Below are positions 1 to 10,207 of a stretch of DNA of 26,313 nt, in pieces. Where the stretch lies: IMG/VR virus record IMGVR_UViG_2687453108_000014. One strand, written 5' to 3'. Below the pieces are notes generated by a model. That model had not been told where the DNA came from, ran no database searches, and saw only the letters and a program-made list of their open reading frames with translations. Numbering within the stretch: the stretch's first letter is position 1; each line of letters starts with the position of its first letter. Source of the stretch: a virus. Its lineage: Duplodnaviria; Heunggongvirae; Uroviricota; Caudoviricetes. The position numbers and the translations under genes are program-made.

Positions 1-118
1 ATGTCTGCACCTGCATTGCCTGATGTCAGAACAGTATTTTGATTAATTGCCAGGGTTACAATGGCACAAATGCGGCACAGGAGGAAACGTGGTGTATTTA
101 AATATGGGGTAACTACTT

Positions 119-146
119 GATTTAAATGGTGCGATAATAGGAACCA
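119..146. repeat. Degenerate copy of the thrW 3' end plus flank; possible distal att junction of the P4-like element
   Basis: ttgatttaaatggtgc-gataatagga matches 24859-24886 (flank plus start of thrW 3' end) with a 1-bp gap, then diverges. Confidence 0.35.
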
Positions 147-285
147 ATAATCGCCACCAACACAATGATTTTAATACATAAATTAAAATAGAAGATTTAA
201 ACTACACACACCCCTATACACATTGGTGAAGGCGTTCGCTTTCCGCGCATTCTCAAGGCAGAAAAAACTTTTTTTGGGGGATAAC

Positions 286-376
286 TGTTCATACTACTCA
301 TTGTGTTTTTTTTCATTAATATTCAAAAAGATATGAAATTAACGATTGATAAGAAGTGAACACTTTACTGTTCACC
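286..376. repeat. Iteron-like octamers (TGTTCAYY / GTGAACA), including an inverted pair; candidate P4-type crr/ori
   Basis: TGTTCATA at 286-293; GTGAACAC at 356-363 and TGTTCACC at 369-376 form an inverted pair with a 6-bp spacer. I recall TGTTCACC as the P4 alpha-binding iteron. Confidence 0.35.
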
Positions 377-675
377 TTGACTGATTAATAAGTGCATAAA
401 AACCTAATTTTTGAGCACGGAAGGTATTTGTTCCTTACCCCATTTTTTCTCTTTAGTCCAGTACAACAAAAAATGCGCCCAACAGAAAACTGTTTTGAAT
501 TTAAATGCAATCGCTTTGTAGTGATTGTAACGTAAGTTGATTTGATGGGTGCGATTTTGTTTAGCGATAATGGTATGTTGTAAAAATCATTTCGTTGCAA
601 TAAAATTGCATCGCTACATTTTATAGACAATATCAATTAAATTTTAATACTCATTATTAATTTTGAGGCTAACAA

Positions 676-1632
676 GTGACTAGTTATTCAAACTTTTCCA
701 ATCAAATAAAAGAAACCATCAATAATAAATTCGATCATGAAATTCATGATTGGGACATTATAAAAAACTCAATCACAACTTTAATAAATAAAAATATCCA
801 TGGTGCAGGTAGAAATATCGTTGATTTTATAGATTTAGGTAACTGGGATTTTATTTCAAACTTTTCCTTTGATGACTCTACAAGAAGACTTGAATTAGAG
901 TGGCACCCCAATGATAAATTCCATATATATATTGAGTCCGTTGTGTTTGTCGAGTTTAATGACACTATATATGCTTTCTTAAAGGGATACTATCACAATC
1001 AGTTATCTCTAAATAGAATATATAATACAAAATGCTCTTCATGTTCATTTGAAAACTCAGGTTCTTATATGGTAGACGTTTATAGAACGGTTAAAAGAGT
1101 AAATGAGACAATCCAGACCCCAAATATAAATTGCTATACTACATGTATTTTAACAAGGCCCGCAAATGGTCATGTTACATCTACAGGCTTCTCACGAAAC
1201 CTCATGGATGCGATAAATATTTCATTAGCAGAGCACAAAATAGCCTCTTTACATAATGAAGTCATGAGTATTGAGGAATATGATCGTGATTCTTTACAAG
1301 AGAAAGGAAATACTGCCAGGAGATATTTAGAATATATTCTCATGCTTGTTAATATTCGTATAATGCATTTAAACAACGTTCAATACCAAGAGCAAATGCT
1401 AGGTAGTTTAGTTTCTGTTATTGAGGCTCTGGACTATGAACCATTAATGAAAAATGATGTTGAAATTACAAAGGACATCCTTAATGCTTGCAGCCACCAC
1501 GGGGGGGTTAGAATTGAAAAGAAAGATGTAATTTTTTCTTTGGAAGTTATTGAAAACTTAATTAAAGCCATAAAGAAAACCGACATAAATAAATTACAAC
1601 TCGATGGGATGTTTAAATCAATTCAAAAATAA
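676..1632 (+). CDS. Hypothetical protein, 318 aa, AT-rich cargo gene of unknown function
   Basis: Long uninterrupted ORF with GTG start preceded by GAGG at suitable spacing; visibly AT-rich versus the neighbouring primase gene; no motif I can recognise. Confidence 0.6.
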   Translation: MTSYSNFSNQIKETINNKFDHEIHDWDIIKNSITTLINKNIHGAGRNIVDFIDLGNWDFISNFSFDDSTRRLELEWHPNDKFHIYIESVVFVEFNDTIYAFLKGYYHNQLSLNRIYNTKCSSCSFENSGSYMVDVYRTVKRVNETIQTPNINCYTTCILTRPANGHVTSTGFSRNLMDAINISLAEHKIASLHNEVMSIEEYDRDSLQEKGNTARRYLEYILMLVNIRIMHLNNVQYQEQMLGSLVSVIEALDYEPLMKNDVEITKDILNACSHHGGVRIEKKDVIFSLEVIENLIKAIKKTDINKLQLDGMFKSIQK

Positions 1633-1736
1633 ACATCATCTAACAATGAATTAGATGCATTTTCCGCTGACGCCTTAGCATATAACTTTTAAATTTTATC
1701 GATATATATTTTGAGATAATTTCCTGTAGCGGATTT

Positions 1737-1757
1737 AAGACCGGCACAGCCGGTCTT
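1737..1757. terminator. Hairpin between convergent genes, possible bidirectional terminator
   Basis: Perfect 9-bp stem aagaccggc / gccggtctt with 3-nt loop, between the stop of the 676-1632 ORF and the stop of the primase gene; no strong U-tract. Confidence 0.35.
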
Positions 1758-1764
1758 AGGTCAG

Positions 1765-4098
1765 TTATTTCGCTGCAAACTCATCGCATTTTGGCAACCA
1801 GTCAGCATTGCTTTCCTCTCTTAGGGCCAGATTAGTCTGCATTCCTTGATTGGTCCGTCGTTTCTCATACTGCAGCCCATATTCCTTGAGCATTAACGGT
1901 AGCCCCTTGCCAAACATGGTCAGACTGAGCGTATTTTTATAGCCGTTAGCCTCCATGTAGACCAGATAGGCATGGTAGAGGTAAGTTCGAGGCTGACGTG
2001 GAACAATATTAGCGTTCCCCATAAACATGCCCGTGGTGTCAGGTAGGACCTCAAGGTAGCCGCAAAAATCAAAAGCTGAATCAGCATCACGTTTGATGGT
2101 GAGCGCTTCATCGGAGTTCTGCTGTGACTGAAGCAATGTCCTGGCACTCATTGGGTCGCTGAAACGCTGCATAAGCTGGCGAACAATCACCGCTAGCTCA
2201 CTGGCAATTTTCTCTTTGAGCTGGGTATCGCGTTCCTCCGGGGCTATCTGGTCGGGGAAATGCAGGATCACCCTTCGGCGTGAAACTCCACCACTACGAT
2301 CAGTGAAGCGCATCGGATTATTGTTCACAGCCAGGATGACCGCCGGGATGTGGGTTGAATAGGCGTTCTGATATTTGGGATCAACGGATACCGCATCGCC
2401 GCCAGTGATGGCTTTTAGTCCGGCCCCGTCACCGCTCCACTTTTCCTGGTCGGGAAGTCGAATCAGTGAAAAACCTATTAACGCAGCTCGTTCTCTTGGC
2501 GACTCAAGCATTTCAATGGTTGCCGAGGTCGCGTTATCTTCACCCGCCAGCATGGTTGCTATTTCAGCAAGAATACTCTTTCCACTTCCGCCAGGGCCAG
2601 TGACCTCCAGAAACAGCTGCCAGTCATAACGGTTAGCCAGCACCATAAACAATGCAGCCAGAATAATGTCCCGTTTTTCAGGATTAAAACCTGCGGCACG
2701 ATCCAGCCAGCGCCAGAATGCCGGGGCATGGGTTTCCAGTGACTCACCGTCAACGGGCTGCGTGTAATCCACCTCGCACAGCGTACGTAACCAGTGCTTC
2801 TTATCGTGCGGGCTGAACAATCCTGTCCGGGTATCGAGCACACCGTTGCGAAATCCGATAAGTTGCCGCGCCGGATTCTGCTGTTGCGGAACGATCAGTT
2901 TGAGGGTTTCCACGAGAGACGCAATTTTCGCGGATGAAAAAGGTGCGTCGAGGCGCTGAAACAGCGCAGCGACATCACGGGCAAAATCGGCGTAATAGAT
3001 AACTTTCCAGGCCCCCGCCTCATAGCGTGAAAGGAGCTGCCCGTTCGGGTCTACTGCCAGTGAATTTTTATAGTGATCCACTACCCTCTGCGCTTTTTCG
3101 CTGACGCTCAGCGCGGTAAATTCAGCTTCGCTCATTGTGTCGAAGGGGCTGGCAACAGCTGGTTTTATTACTTCATGAATTGCATGCCGGGTGGCTTCTT
3201 CGCCGTTTTGCGTGAATGCATCGTTCCAGTCACCAAACACAGGCGGGAGCGCCATTGTGCAATTGCAGGCCCCGGTAACAGCTGCGCCCCTTGTTTGCCC
3301 CGCACCGTTGAGATCGCGGTCAGCAGCAATAATTATCTGGTGCGTTGGGTACTCACTGCAGGCAATGCTCGCCAGGGAAAGGAAATTGACGGACGAAAAG
3401 GCCACCATGACAGCATCGCCAGTCAGATAGTTGATAGTAAGTGCGGTGGCATATCCTTCCGCTATCCAGAGCCGTTTGGCTGCTTTGGCAGTACCTTCAA
3501 CCAGGTAAAAGGCATTCTTAACCTGACCGCCTTTAAGGAAGCATTTGCCCCCATTAGCGTTGATTAACTGCAGATTTACCAGCTCTCCATCTGCATACAA
3601 TGGAACGACAAGATCTCCCGCGCGAAATGCCACACCACCGACTTTATGCATAGCGGTTAATTCCCGGCAAGGCAGTGCAGGAAACCCTTTACTCGTCAGA
3701 TAGGCATTGCCAGTGGTCTGGCGGGACTTATCAAACAAACGGGCAGCCAGCACTGCTGCAGCTTTTCTCCCGTCCTCTTTTTCAGGAGAACCAGATTCAA
3801 GCATTCCCTGAGATACTGGCAGCAGGTTTCCGATAATGCCGTTTATTCTGTCTGCCGCTTCACTAATGCCTACATCCAGTACTTTACTTACAAGCGCCAG
3901 GCCATCACCTGCCCCGCACTGGTTACAGAACCACGTTCCCCGCCCTTCCTGGTCATCAAATCGAAAGCGGTCTTTCCCGGCACAGACCGGGCAGGGCTGG
4001 TGCCGATTTTTCAGTACATTTACGCCCAGCGCAGGTAAAATTCTTGACCAGTGACCCCGAGCTGCTTTCTCAGCCTGGCTAACTTTCATTCCTGACAT
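1765..4098 (-). CDS. P4 alpha-type primase-helicase
   Basis: N-terminal zinc motif CPVCAGKDRFRFDD...CNQCG, central TOPRIM-like region, C-terminal Walker A GPGGSGKS. Start placed at the internal Met (MSGMKVSQ...), which removes the overlap with the upstream ORF. Confidence 0.88.
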   Translation of the reverse strand: MSGMKVSQAEKAARGHWSRILPALGVNVLKNRHQPCPVCAGKDRFRFDDQEGRGTWFCNQCGAGDGLALVSKVLDVGISEAADRINGIIGNLLPVSQGMLESGSPEKEDGRKAAAVLAARLFDKSRQTTGNAYLTSKGFPALPCRELTAMHKVGGVAFRAGDLVVPLYADGELVNLQLINANGGKCFLKGGQVKNAFYLVEGTAKAAKRLWIAEGYATALTINYLTGDAVMVAFSSVNFLSLASIACSEYPTHQIIIAADRDLNGAGQTRGAAVTGACNCTMALPPVFGDWNDAFTQNGEEATRHAIHEVIKPAVASPFDTMSEAEFTALSVSEKAQRVVDHYKNSLAVDPNGQLLSRYEAGAWKVIYYADFARDVAALFQRLDAPFSSAKIASLVETLKLIVPQQQNPARQLIGFRNGVLDTRTGLFSPHDKKHWLRTLCEVDYTQPVDGESLETHAPAFWRWLDRAAGFNPEKRDIILAALFMVLANRYDWQLFLEVTGPGGSGKSILAEIATMLAGEDNATSATIEMLESPRERAALIGFSLIRLPDQEKWSGDGAGLKAITGGDAVSVDPKYQNAYSTHIPAVILAVNNNPMRFTDRSGGVSRRRVILHFPDQIAPEERDTQLKEKIASELAVIVRQLMQRFSDPMSARTLLQSQQNSDEALTIKRDADSAFDFCGYLEVLPDTTGMFMGNANIVPRQPRTYLYHAYLVYMEANGYKNTLSLTMFGKGLPLMLKEYGLQYEKRRTNQGMQTNLALREESNADWLPKCDEFAAK

Positions 4099-4111
4099 TG
4101 TGCGGCCCTCC

Positions 4112-4435
4112 TTAGTGCAGCGCTGGTTTGTTGAGGTGACGGGAACAAAGTTCATCCATGACCGTCATTCCGAGCAGTGAGAGAACCGGACAGGCTTTAA
4201 GCGGCCCCGACTCCATCAGATCCGAAAGCAACGCGCAGGCAATTTCCAGCCCTCTTTGCTGCCCATGCTGGCGCAGATAGAACCCTTCCAGCTCGCGGGC
4301 TATGGCATCTTCAAGTTCAGCGAGCGTCAGGCCGGAATAACGTTCCTGATGATTGCTTAGAGCCAGCCAGGCACAGGCAACGGCACGGCGATACAGAGCG
4401 GCACGAAGTGCCAGAAGAGATTCACAGCATATCAT
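4112..4435 (-). CDS. Hypothetical protein in the P4-like early region
   Basis: ORF co-directional with and just upstream of the primase gene; no recognisable motif. Confidence 0.45.
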   Translation of the reverse strand: MICCESLLALRAALYRRAVACAWLALSNHQERYSGLTLAELEDAIARELEGFYLRQHGQQRGLEIACALLSDLMESGPLKACPVLSLLGMTVMDELCSRHLNKPALH

Positions 4436-4656
4436 CAGGCCACCTCCGCATTCATCAGGTCGTCATGGCAGCGTTGCACCACTCCATCCAGTTGCTCTGT
4501 CATCAGATAAATGAGGGAAACCAGTTGTTCGCATTGGGCACCTGCTGGCTTTTCATAACAGTCCTGCAGGGCTGCCATGCCAGTTACATACTCACCCACA
4601 TTGCGTAAATGTTTCAGCCTTACAACATCGTCGTAGGAAATCTCAAACTGGTTCAT
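4435..4656 (-). CDS. Hypothetical small protein in the P4-like early region
   Basis: 73-aa ORF abutting the neighbouring ORFs in an operon-like arrangement. Confidence 0.4.
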   Translation of the reverse strand: MNQFEISYDDVVRLKHLRNVGEYVTGMAALQDCYEKPAGAQCEQLVSLIYLMTEQLDGVVQRCHDDLMNAEVA

Positions 4657-5210
4657 AGCGTCACCTCCCCGGCAGGCAGCCGTGCAGAAAGGGAGAGTAC
4701 ATAATCTCGGACTAGCAAACGGCGCGCGGAACGCTCATCGCAGGAGACAGTGCGAAGCATACAGATGCGGGGGTGAGTGTCAGCACGGCGGATTGCGGCA
4801 AACACAAAGACATATTGCGGGTGTGACGGGGTGAGGATTGTAGCCATGATGGCAGCCTCCAATAAGTAGCGGTTATTGCTACCACCGGAAACGCCAATTT
4901 CACTGGTGGCAGCCCGAACGGGGTTGGCGTAACCGGCCTTATTGGAAACCGGCCAGCCCGAAGGCTGCCCCGCCCGGACTACCATTATCTCGATAGAACC
5001 ATGGTGTAAGCATAAACACCACAGCCCTGAAAATGGTTGTGCCTGAGCTACGACGTAAAAAAAGACGCAAGGGGCGTCAATTGTCGCCAATAAGTTATAC
5101 GGAACGCCAATTCCGGCTGCCGATTTTGCGACAGCGGAAAAACTATACCTGGAAATGACGACAGTAAGCAAGCCAGAATAAAGGTATTTAATGTATGCAG
5201 GTATCATCAT
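4653..5210 (-). CDS. Hypothetical protein; start overlaps the alpA stop (ATGA); true start uncertain
   Basis: ATG at 5208-5210 overlaps the AlpA stop; composition is not strongly protein-like, so a shorter internal start is possible. Confidence 0.3.
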   Translation of the reverse strand: MMIPAYIKYLYSGLLTVVISRYSFSAVAKSAAGIGVPYNLLATIDAPCVFFYVVAQAQPFSGLWCLCLHHGSIEIMVVRAGQPSGWPVSNKAGYANPVRAATSEIGVSGGSNNRYLLEAAIMATILTPSHPQYVFVFAAIRRADTHPRICMLRTVSCDERSARRLLVRDYVLSLSARLPAGEVTL

Positions 5211-5467
5211 GCATCACATCCCCGCCCACGGGCGCTGATGCGGTCCGCCATCCATGCGCTGACCTCAGACTGTGCCCAGGCGACATTTTTACCGCCAAGC
5301 GGGATCTGCTTCGGAAACGCATCGCGGCTGATCAGGTCGTAAACGGTCGAACGGGACAACCCGCATAAGTGCATCACCTCAGGCAGGCGTAAAAATCGCT
5401 CATGATGGTTCGATACAGGAAATAATGGCGCAGCAGGAGCTGGCGCAGACACAGAAATATTACGCAT
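5207..5467 (-). CDS. alpA: AlpA/Vis-family prophage transcriptional regulator
   Basis: Segment [53 protein letters not shown] is characteristic of AlpA-family HTH proteins of P4-like elements. Confidence 0.8.
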   Translation of the reverse strand: MRNISVSAPAPAAPLFPVSNHHERFLRLPEVMHLCGLSRSTVYDLISRDAFPKQIPLGGKNVAWAQSEVSAWMADRISARGRGCDA

Positions 5468-6020
5468 TTATCTACCCTCTTTAATTTCCACAACAGTCCG
5501 GATGAATTTATCCGGGTTCAGGTAGTTCCTTATTATGTGTATATAAACCACCTGCGCACGCATTTTTTATTTAGCGTCACATATTGATTTTATGGAATTT
5601 AAAGCCCGATTAAACCATATAAAATGACATAATAAATACCATGCCTGCGGACTATAAATACAGGAGCATTAATAGGAACTACCATTCACCCAGGGTTTAC
5701 TATCCTATGGGTCATTGCACCTGATAGTGCTAACCCCACCGCCAATACAGCAAGGCAGTACAACTTCTACACGAGGCCTTGCATTGCAGGCCCCAATTTC
5801 CGGGCATATTTTTGAATCGCATCCAACTTATAAACATTGGGCCTGCATAAAAACCTTGATATTAAATAACATCACCTTAAATCGTAAAATATATCCGAAT
5901 GAATCCATAAAGAACCGGACAGATCTAGTTTTATAAAAATCAGTATGAAATGCAACACCATGGCCAGAGGCGAAAATGTTATTCCCCGGCAAAAACATGC
6001 AGTCTATTTATGTGCCTGTT

Positions 6021-6233
6021 GAATACTCCTGAATAAGGGTGAATAGTGGTGAGGAGCAAAAAACAAATAGCTACGAGGAATAAAAAAACCACCCATTATG
6101 AAAAAATACCATAAATAATTTTATTCCCATGTGAACAGTTATGAACAGTCGATGAATACTGCCATGCCAACCCTTCACCTTATAACCTTCTGTATTACCT
6201 ATTTTTTTTACCTAAGTGAATAGTAGTGAATAG
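6021..6233. repeat. Cluster of iteron-like octamers (GGTGAATA / GTGAACAG / AGTGAATA) in the divergent control region
   Basis: At least six copies of TGAAYA-type octamers at 6038-6045, 6130-6137, 6141-6147, 6151-6158, 6215-6222 and 6225-6232; they resemble the reverse complement of the P4 iteron. Confidence 0.4.
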
Positions 6234-6400
6234 TTAAGGTAAGTCTGAAACAGCCTTAGTTAAACGAGGCCTTTTCTGGCTAGCCAAAAGAGGTCCGGGG
6301 CGGTTCAGTCTTTGTCTTGTCGCTCGCACAATGGCGTTCAATGGCAGCTTTGTATGCATCACAGCACAATTGACACCACGACAAACCACTAGGTGCTGAC

Positions 6401-7153
6401 ATGACAATCCCAGAACAGAACAATAACCCGATCGTTGAAATTTCTATCCCTGTTTCGACGCAACAGGCGCTTGAGAAAGTGAATGCCACCAAATCTGCAT
6501 GGCTTGAAGCACGTCGTCAGCAAAAAGCGGCAGCGGATAATATTGCGACAATCCGCCAGCGCCGCGCTGAAATGGAAGCCACGACGAACGCCCTGAATGA
6601 GGAGTGGCGCACGCTATTTCGTGAAAGTCAGGGCGTAGTCTCAAAGGAAATGAAAAAACTGCGCACGGAAATTGCGCTGGGACGAGAAACGCTTGAGGAT
6701 TTTGATGAGCTGCTGGCGGCTCAGGAAAGCGAAAATGCACTTTTGCCGCAGGAGGCTGCGGAATTAGCCGGAAAGTATATCCACGCGCACGACACCCTTG
6801 TGGGTATTCGCGCAAAACAAATCTGGGAAGATTTTATGCAGTCGCATGGAAAAGCACTAATCCAGACACTAAGCCTGCTCAAATCAACAATGGGCAGGGA
6901 AGCCAGCGCAGTTGTCGGTGTGGTGCATTCAGTTAATGACCCGGACACACTGCTGAAAGATTTTATTCATAAACATATCACCAGACCGGCTCTGACTAAC
7001 GATGCGATGCCCGAACAGGACCCCGTGTTTAAACTGGCGGGAGTTGCCCCGGATTATGCGGCCCGTCTGGATTTCAGTAATAAACTCTCTCCAGCAGCTA
7101 TGCATAAAATGAAGGTTCGTCAGGAACGTGCTGAGAAGGAGAAAGCAGTATGA
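6401..7153 (+). CDS. sid: Sid-like capsid size-determination protein
   Basis: 250-aa coiled-coil-rich protein first in the sid-psu-delta block; shares the FMQ-HG-AL motif with the adjacent Psu-like gene. Assignment is from position and recalled similarity. Confidence 0.55.
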   Translation: MTIPEQNNNPIVEISIPVSTQQALEKVNATKSAWLEARRQQKAAADNIATIRQRRAEMEATTNALNEEWRTLFRESQGVVSKEMKKLRTEIALGRETLEDFDELLAAQESENALLPQEAAELAGKYIHAHDTLVGIRAKQIWEDFMQSHGKALIQTLSLLKSTMGREASAVVGVVHSVNDPDTLLKDFIHKHITRPALTNDAMPEQDPVFKLAGVAPDYAARLDFSNKLSPAAMHKMKVRQERAEKEKAV

Positions 7154-7701
7154 TGGCCCGAGTCACTCCAGACCAAGCGCTTATCAGTTTTAGAAATGCC
7201 CGTATTCTGTGGGCTGGACATAGTGAGAGCCGAAAAGCCGTTGAACAACAGATAGAATCACTCCTCACTGCCATGGAAAAACCAGCAGATTATGCTCGAC
7301 AGCTCGAATTACAGCGGGAACATCTGGATGTGCTGAAATGGCAAATTAACTGTGCTGCGCGCGAATGCATTTACTCGCAGCATCAACTGATGGAGGCCTG
7401 CACAGAAGACGCTCTCAGCAATTTTATGCAGGCGAATGGAGCAGCCCTGACATCTGCACTGGCTCCGTTCCTGAAGGGGCGCGGAGGGGTTGACGTTGCG
7501 TCCCGTATATTACGCAATGCTCTGGTTCGCCAGCTGGCAATAACACCGCCTGAAATTGCCGGGGATTATCGTATGATTCTGGATGAATCCGGTGTGATGC
7601 CTGACCCCATGATGGTTCGTGATTGCCAGAGCTCTTACACCCCTGCACAACAACTGCGCTTTCAGCAACGTCTGGATTACATTAACGGCATGCAGGAGTA
7701 A
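7150..7701 (+). CDS. psu: Psu-like polarity suppression protein
   Basis: 183 aa; KWQINCAARECIY and FMQANGAALTSALAPFL resemble what I recall of P4 Psu; start overlaps the sid stop (ATGA). Confidence 0.65.
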   Translation: MMARVTPDQALISFRNARILWAGHSESRKAVEQQIESLLTAMEKPADYARQLELQREHLDVLKWQINCAARECIYSQHQLMEACTEDALSNFMQANGAALTSALAPFLKGRGGVDVASRILRNALVRQLAITPPEIAGDYRMILDESGVMPDPMMVRDCQSSYTPAQQLRFQQRLDYINGMQE

Positions 7702-7706
7702 TATTA

Positions 7707-7979
7707 ATGGCACTTAAATGTCCCGAATGCGGTACGACGGCACACGCCAGAACCTCCGCCTATGAAGCACCATCGGTTAAACGCTCATGGTATCAGTGCC
7801 AGAATCTTGAATGTTCCTACACATTTACCGCACTGGAAAGTGTGGATACGATAATCATGAAGCCCCGGCGCAATGAACAGGAATCAGAGAAAGCACAAAT
7901 GCCGGAAAAACAACAGCAAACTCTCAATCGCTATGGCTCCGCGTCAAAGCTGTCAAGCCGTCAGCAAATTCCTGTCTGA
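7707..7979 (+). CDS. ogr: Ogr/Delta-family zinc-finger late transcription activator
   Basis: CPECG...AHARTS...YQCQNLECSYTF matches the Ogr/Delta zinc-finger pattern of P2/P4-type elements. Confidence 0.85.
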   Translation: MALKCPECGTTAHARTSAYEAPSVKRSWYQCQNLECSYTFTALESVDTIIMKPRRNEQESEKAQMPEKQQQTLNRYGSASKLSSRQQIPV

Positions 7980-7998
7980 TTAGCAAAAAAAGCCCACG

Positions 7999-8027
7999 TA
8001 ATCCCGGTCCAGTACTGGGATTTTTTA
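7999..8027 (+). terminator. Rho-independent terminator after ogr/delta
   Basis: Stem AATCCCGG / CTGGGATT around a 7-nt loop, followed by TTTTTT. Confidence 0.6.
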
Positions 8028-8388
8028 CGCCTTTTCCCTGGCTGGCCTGAGAGCGCATGAGTGCATGTCTATAGCGCATGAAAACGCATGATTCTCATGC
8101 ACCATTTTTGACGCGAAAGCCCTTGTGTGGTGGCTTCTGAGACGATTTGCGGAATGCATGAAAACCAGTCTGTTAAGCGAAGCGAGCAGGCGTGGGGGGC
8201 TGCGCGCGCTAAGGGGTTAGATTATAAAATATCAAACGCCGGTGAGATCCATTATTGTGGAACCACCCGAAGGAAGTGTAGAGGCGAAAGTACCCAAAAT
8301 AATTTTGCAAATTATTTAGAAATGAACTGAGCGCTCGAAACGAAATATAATTTCGAGCACCCCAATTAGCAGTTATATTTTTAATGTA

Positions 8389-10207
8389 TTAAACAGGATA
8401 AAAACCAGAGCTTCCATTCTTATTTAAGTTATGGATTTTATTTGCATCATTAATTTTTATTTGGAACGTCGGACCTTTATTCTCAAGAATTACAATCTGG
8501 AAATTATAGTCCCTTTTGATTAATGCGTGATAAAATGAATCACTGAGACTGACGCTATTAACATCCGATAGAGAACCCCCTCTATCTTTATCAAAGTGCG
8601 TCACTAATGGACTATCAAGCACAACAAATCCAATGAATGGATTCCCTTTTCTTGATAAAAATTCCGCAAAGCAAATGGTAAATATAGCATGCATTACTGC
8701 ACGGGTACCTTTACCAAACATTCCTCGGCGTTTCCCATTGATATTAAAGTCATATGTATCTTCGTCAAATCGCACTTTGTTATCTTTAGAATTTTCAAAA
8801 TTTATATCATTCAAAAAGTCTTGCATCGCTATTTCTATATCATACAAATCAGCTACTGTTAAGGAGTCAAAGTCCTCGGCGGAGTATTTAAGTTCGTCAA
8901 CATCATCTTCTTTATCTTGTAATGAAGATAGAATGCTATGTTTTGTGTGATCCATTAAAAGATTGTCTTTATATTCATAAAGTGATTCAAGAGATGAATG
9001 TATTGTTTTATATTTTTATCTTCTAACGTCTTAAAATCACTTTTTTCTGATTGATAAATTTCATTAACATCATTTTTTCTTAACATAATTAATTCATGTT
9101 CGCGAACATTAGATCCGATTGATTCAATTAATCCTTTCAGCTGGCTTTTGATTTTCAATTTTTCTGCATTACACGACAAAAAACAATCATCATATGATAT
9201 TTCATTTTCTTTTTTTGCGGTGTATTACAGAACTCACAATAAATATCTGCAAAATTATTTAAATAGAAATTCGCCTGTGATACAACATCTATTCTTTGTA
9301 GATCTATAAAGTATTGGTCTTTAAGAAGACTAAATCTTTCAATGAGTAATGATAAGTATTTTTCCCTGTCACTGATTGAATATAATTCATCACTTAACTC
9401 TTTTAATAATTGCTTCTTATCATCAAGTGCATCAACAATACCTTTCAATATATCTTTCGATGATTCAATATCTTGCTCTACTTTCTCAAGTTCTCTTGAA
9501 ACAATGACTTGATCATATTCAGGATAAATTAATTGCGCTTTCAATTCCTCATAAATATTTGCAATTTGATTTTTTTAAAAATATCTTGCTTTTTTATTTG
9601 GTTTTTCTGCTAAGGAGTTAGTATCATCTCTCTGAGTTAAAAGGAATTTAAATTCAGACTTTCTTTTTGTCTCCTCGCTAGGAATATCAGAAAGAATTAA
9701 CGACTTCTCAGTTAACACTCTTAATTCATCAATACAAAAAAATTCAAAAACATTATTAAGATTAAATTTATGAAGAGTATTACTTAAGTTTGTTCTTACT
9801 TTAGCCTCTTTGAAATTCAACCTACCATAAAAGTATGATGAAAAACTCTTTTTAGACGAAGCACTTTTGGAAAAAACCATCAACAGATTAGCTTCACTAA
9901 CATTTTCAATACTCGAATCATATAATCTGTAATGGGCGCTATCCTGAAGAGACCTCTCAATTGTCATTACCCTACCTTGAAAATTAAATTCCAGATAGGC
10001 TAAATCATAACCTTGAGCATGATCGATATCTTTATTTTTTAGTTTTTCACTCCCTAATAAATATCGAATCAAATAATATATGTATGTTTTTCCAGAGTCA
10101 GAACCACCATATAAAATAGTCAATTTAGAACCAAATTCAATTATAGCATCTAATTTATTGAATCCGGTTACCTTTATTTTTCTGAACGTAAAAAAATTGT
10201 CATTCAT
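8389..10207 (-). pseudogene. SMC/ABC-like ATPase (component 3), split into four ORF fragments by one in-frame TAA and at least one frameshift
   Basis: N-terminal fragment has an SMC-type Walker A (FRKIKVTGFNKLDAIIEFGSKLTILYGGSDSGKT); the middle is coiled-coil-like; the last fragment has a Walker-B-like FVVLDSP. Fragments 9578-10207 and 9155-9574 are in the same frame separated by TAA at 9575-9577. Fragments 2 and 3 use TTG starts. Confidence 0.5.

Noticed and set aside
385-636. 83-aa minus-strand ORF upstream of the 676-1632 gene
   Set aside because: It sits in an AT-rich promoter-like region with low-complexity translation and no ribosome-binding site; more likely non-coding.
1920-3567. Several 75-165-aa ORFs on both strands inside the primase gene (e.g. 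1920-2147, 2375-2629, 2559-2843, 3073-3567)
   Set aside because: They lie entirely within the long, well-supported primase ORF, in other frames or antisense, with no independent signals; they are most likely frame artefacts of a GC-rich coding region.
6294-6309. 13-bp match (ccggggcggttca) to the IS629-like terminal inverted repeat
   Set aside because: Isolated short match with no second repeat or transposase nearby; probably chance or, at most, an ancient solo end.
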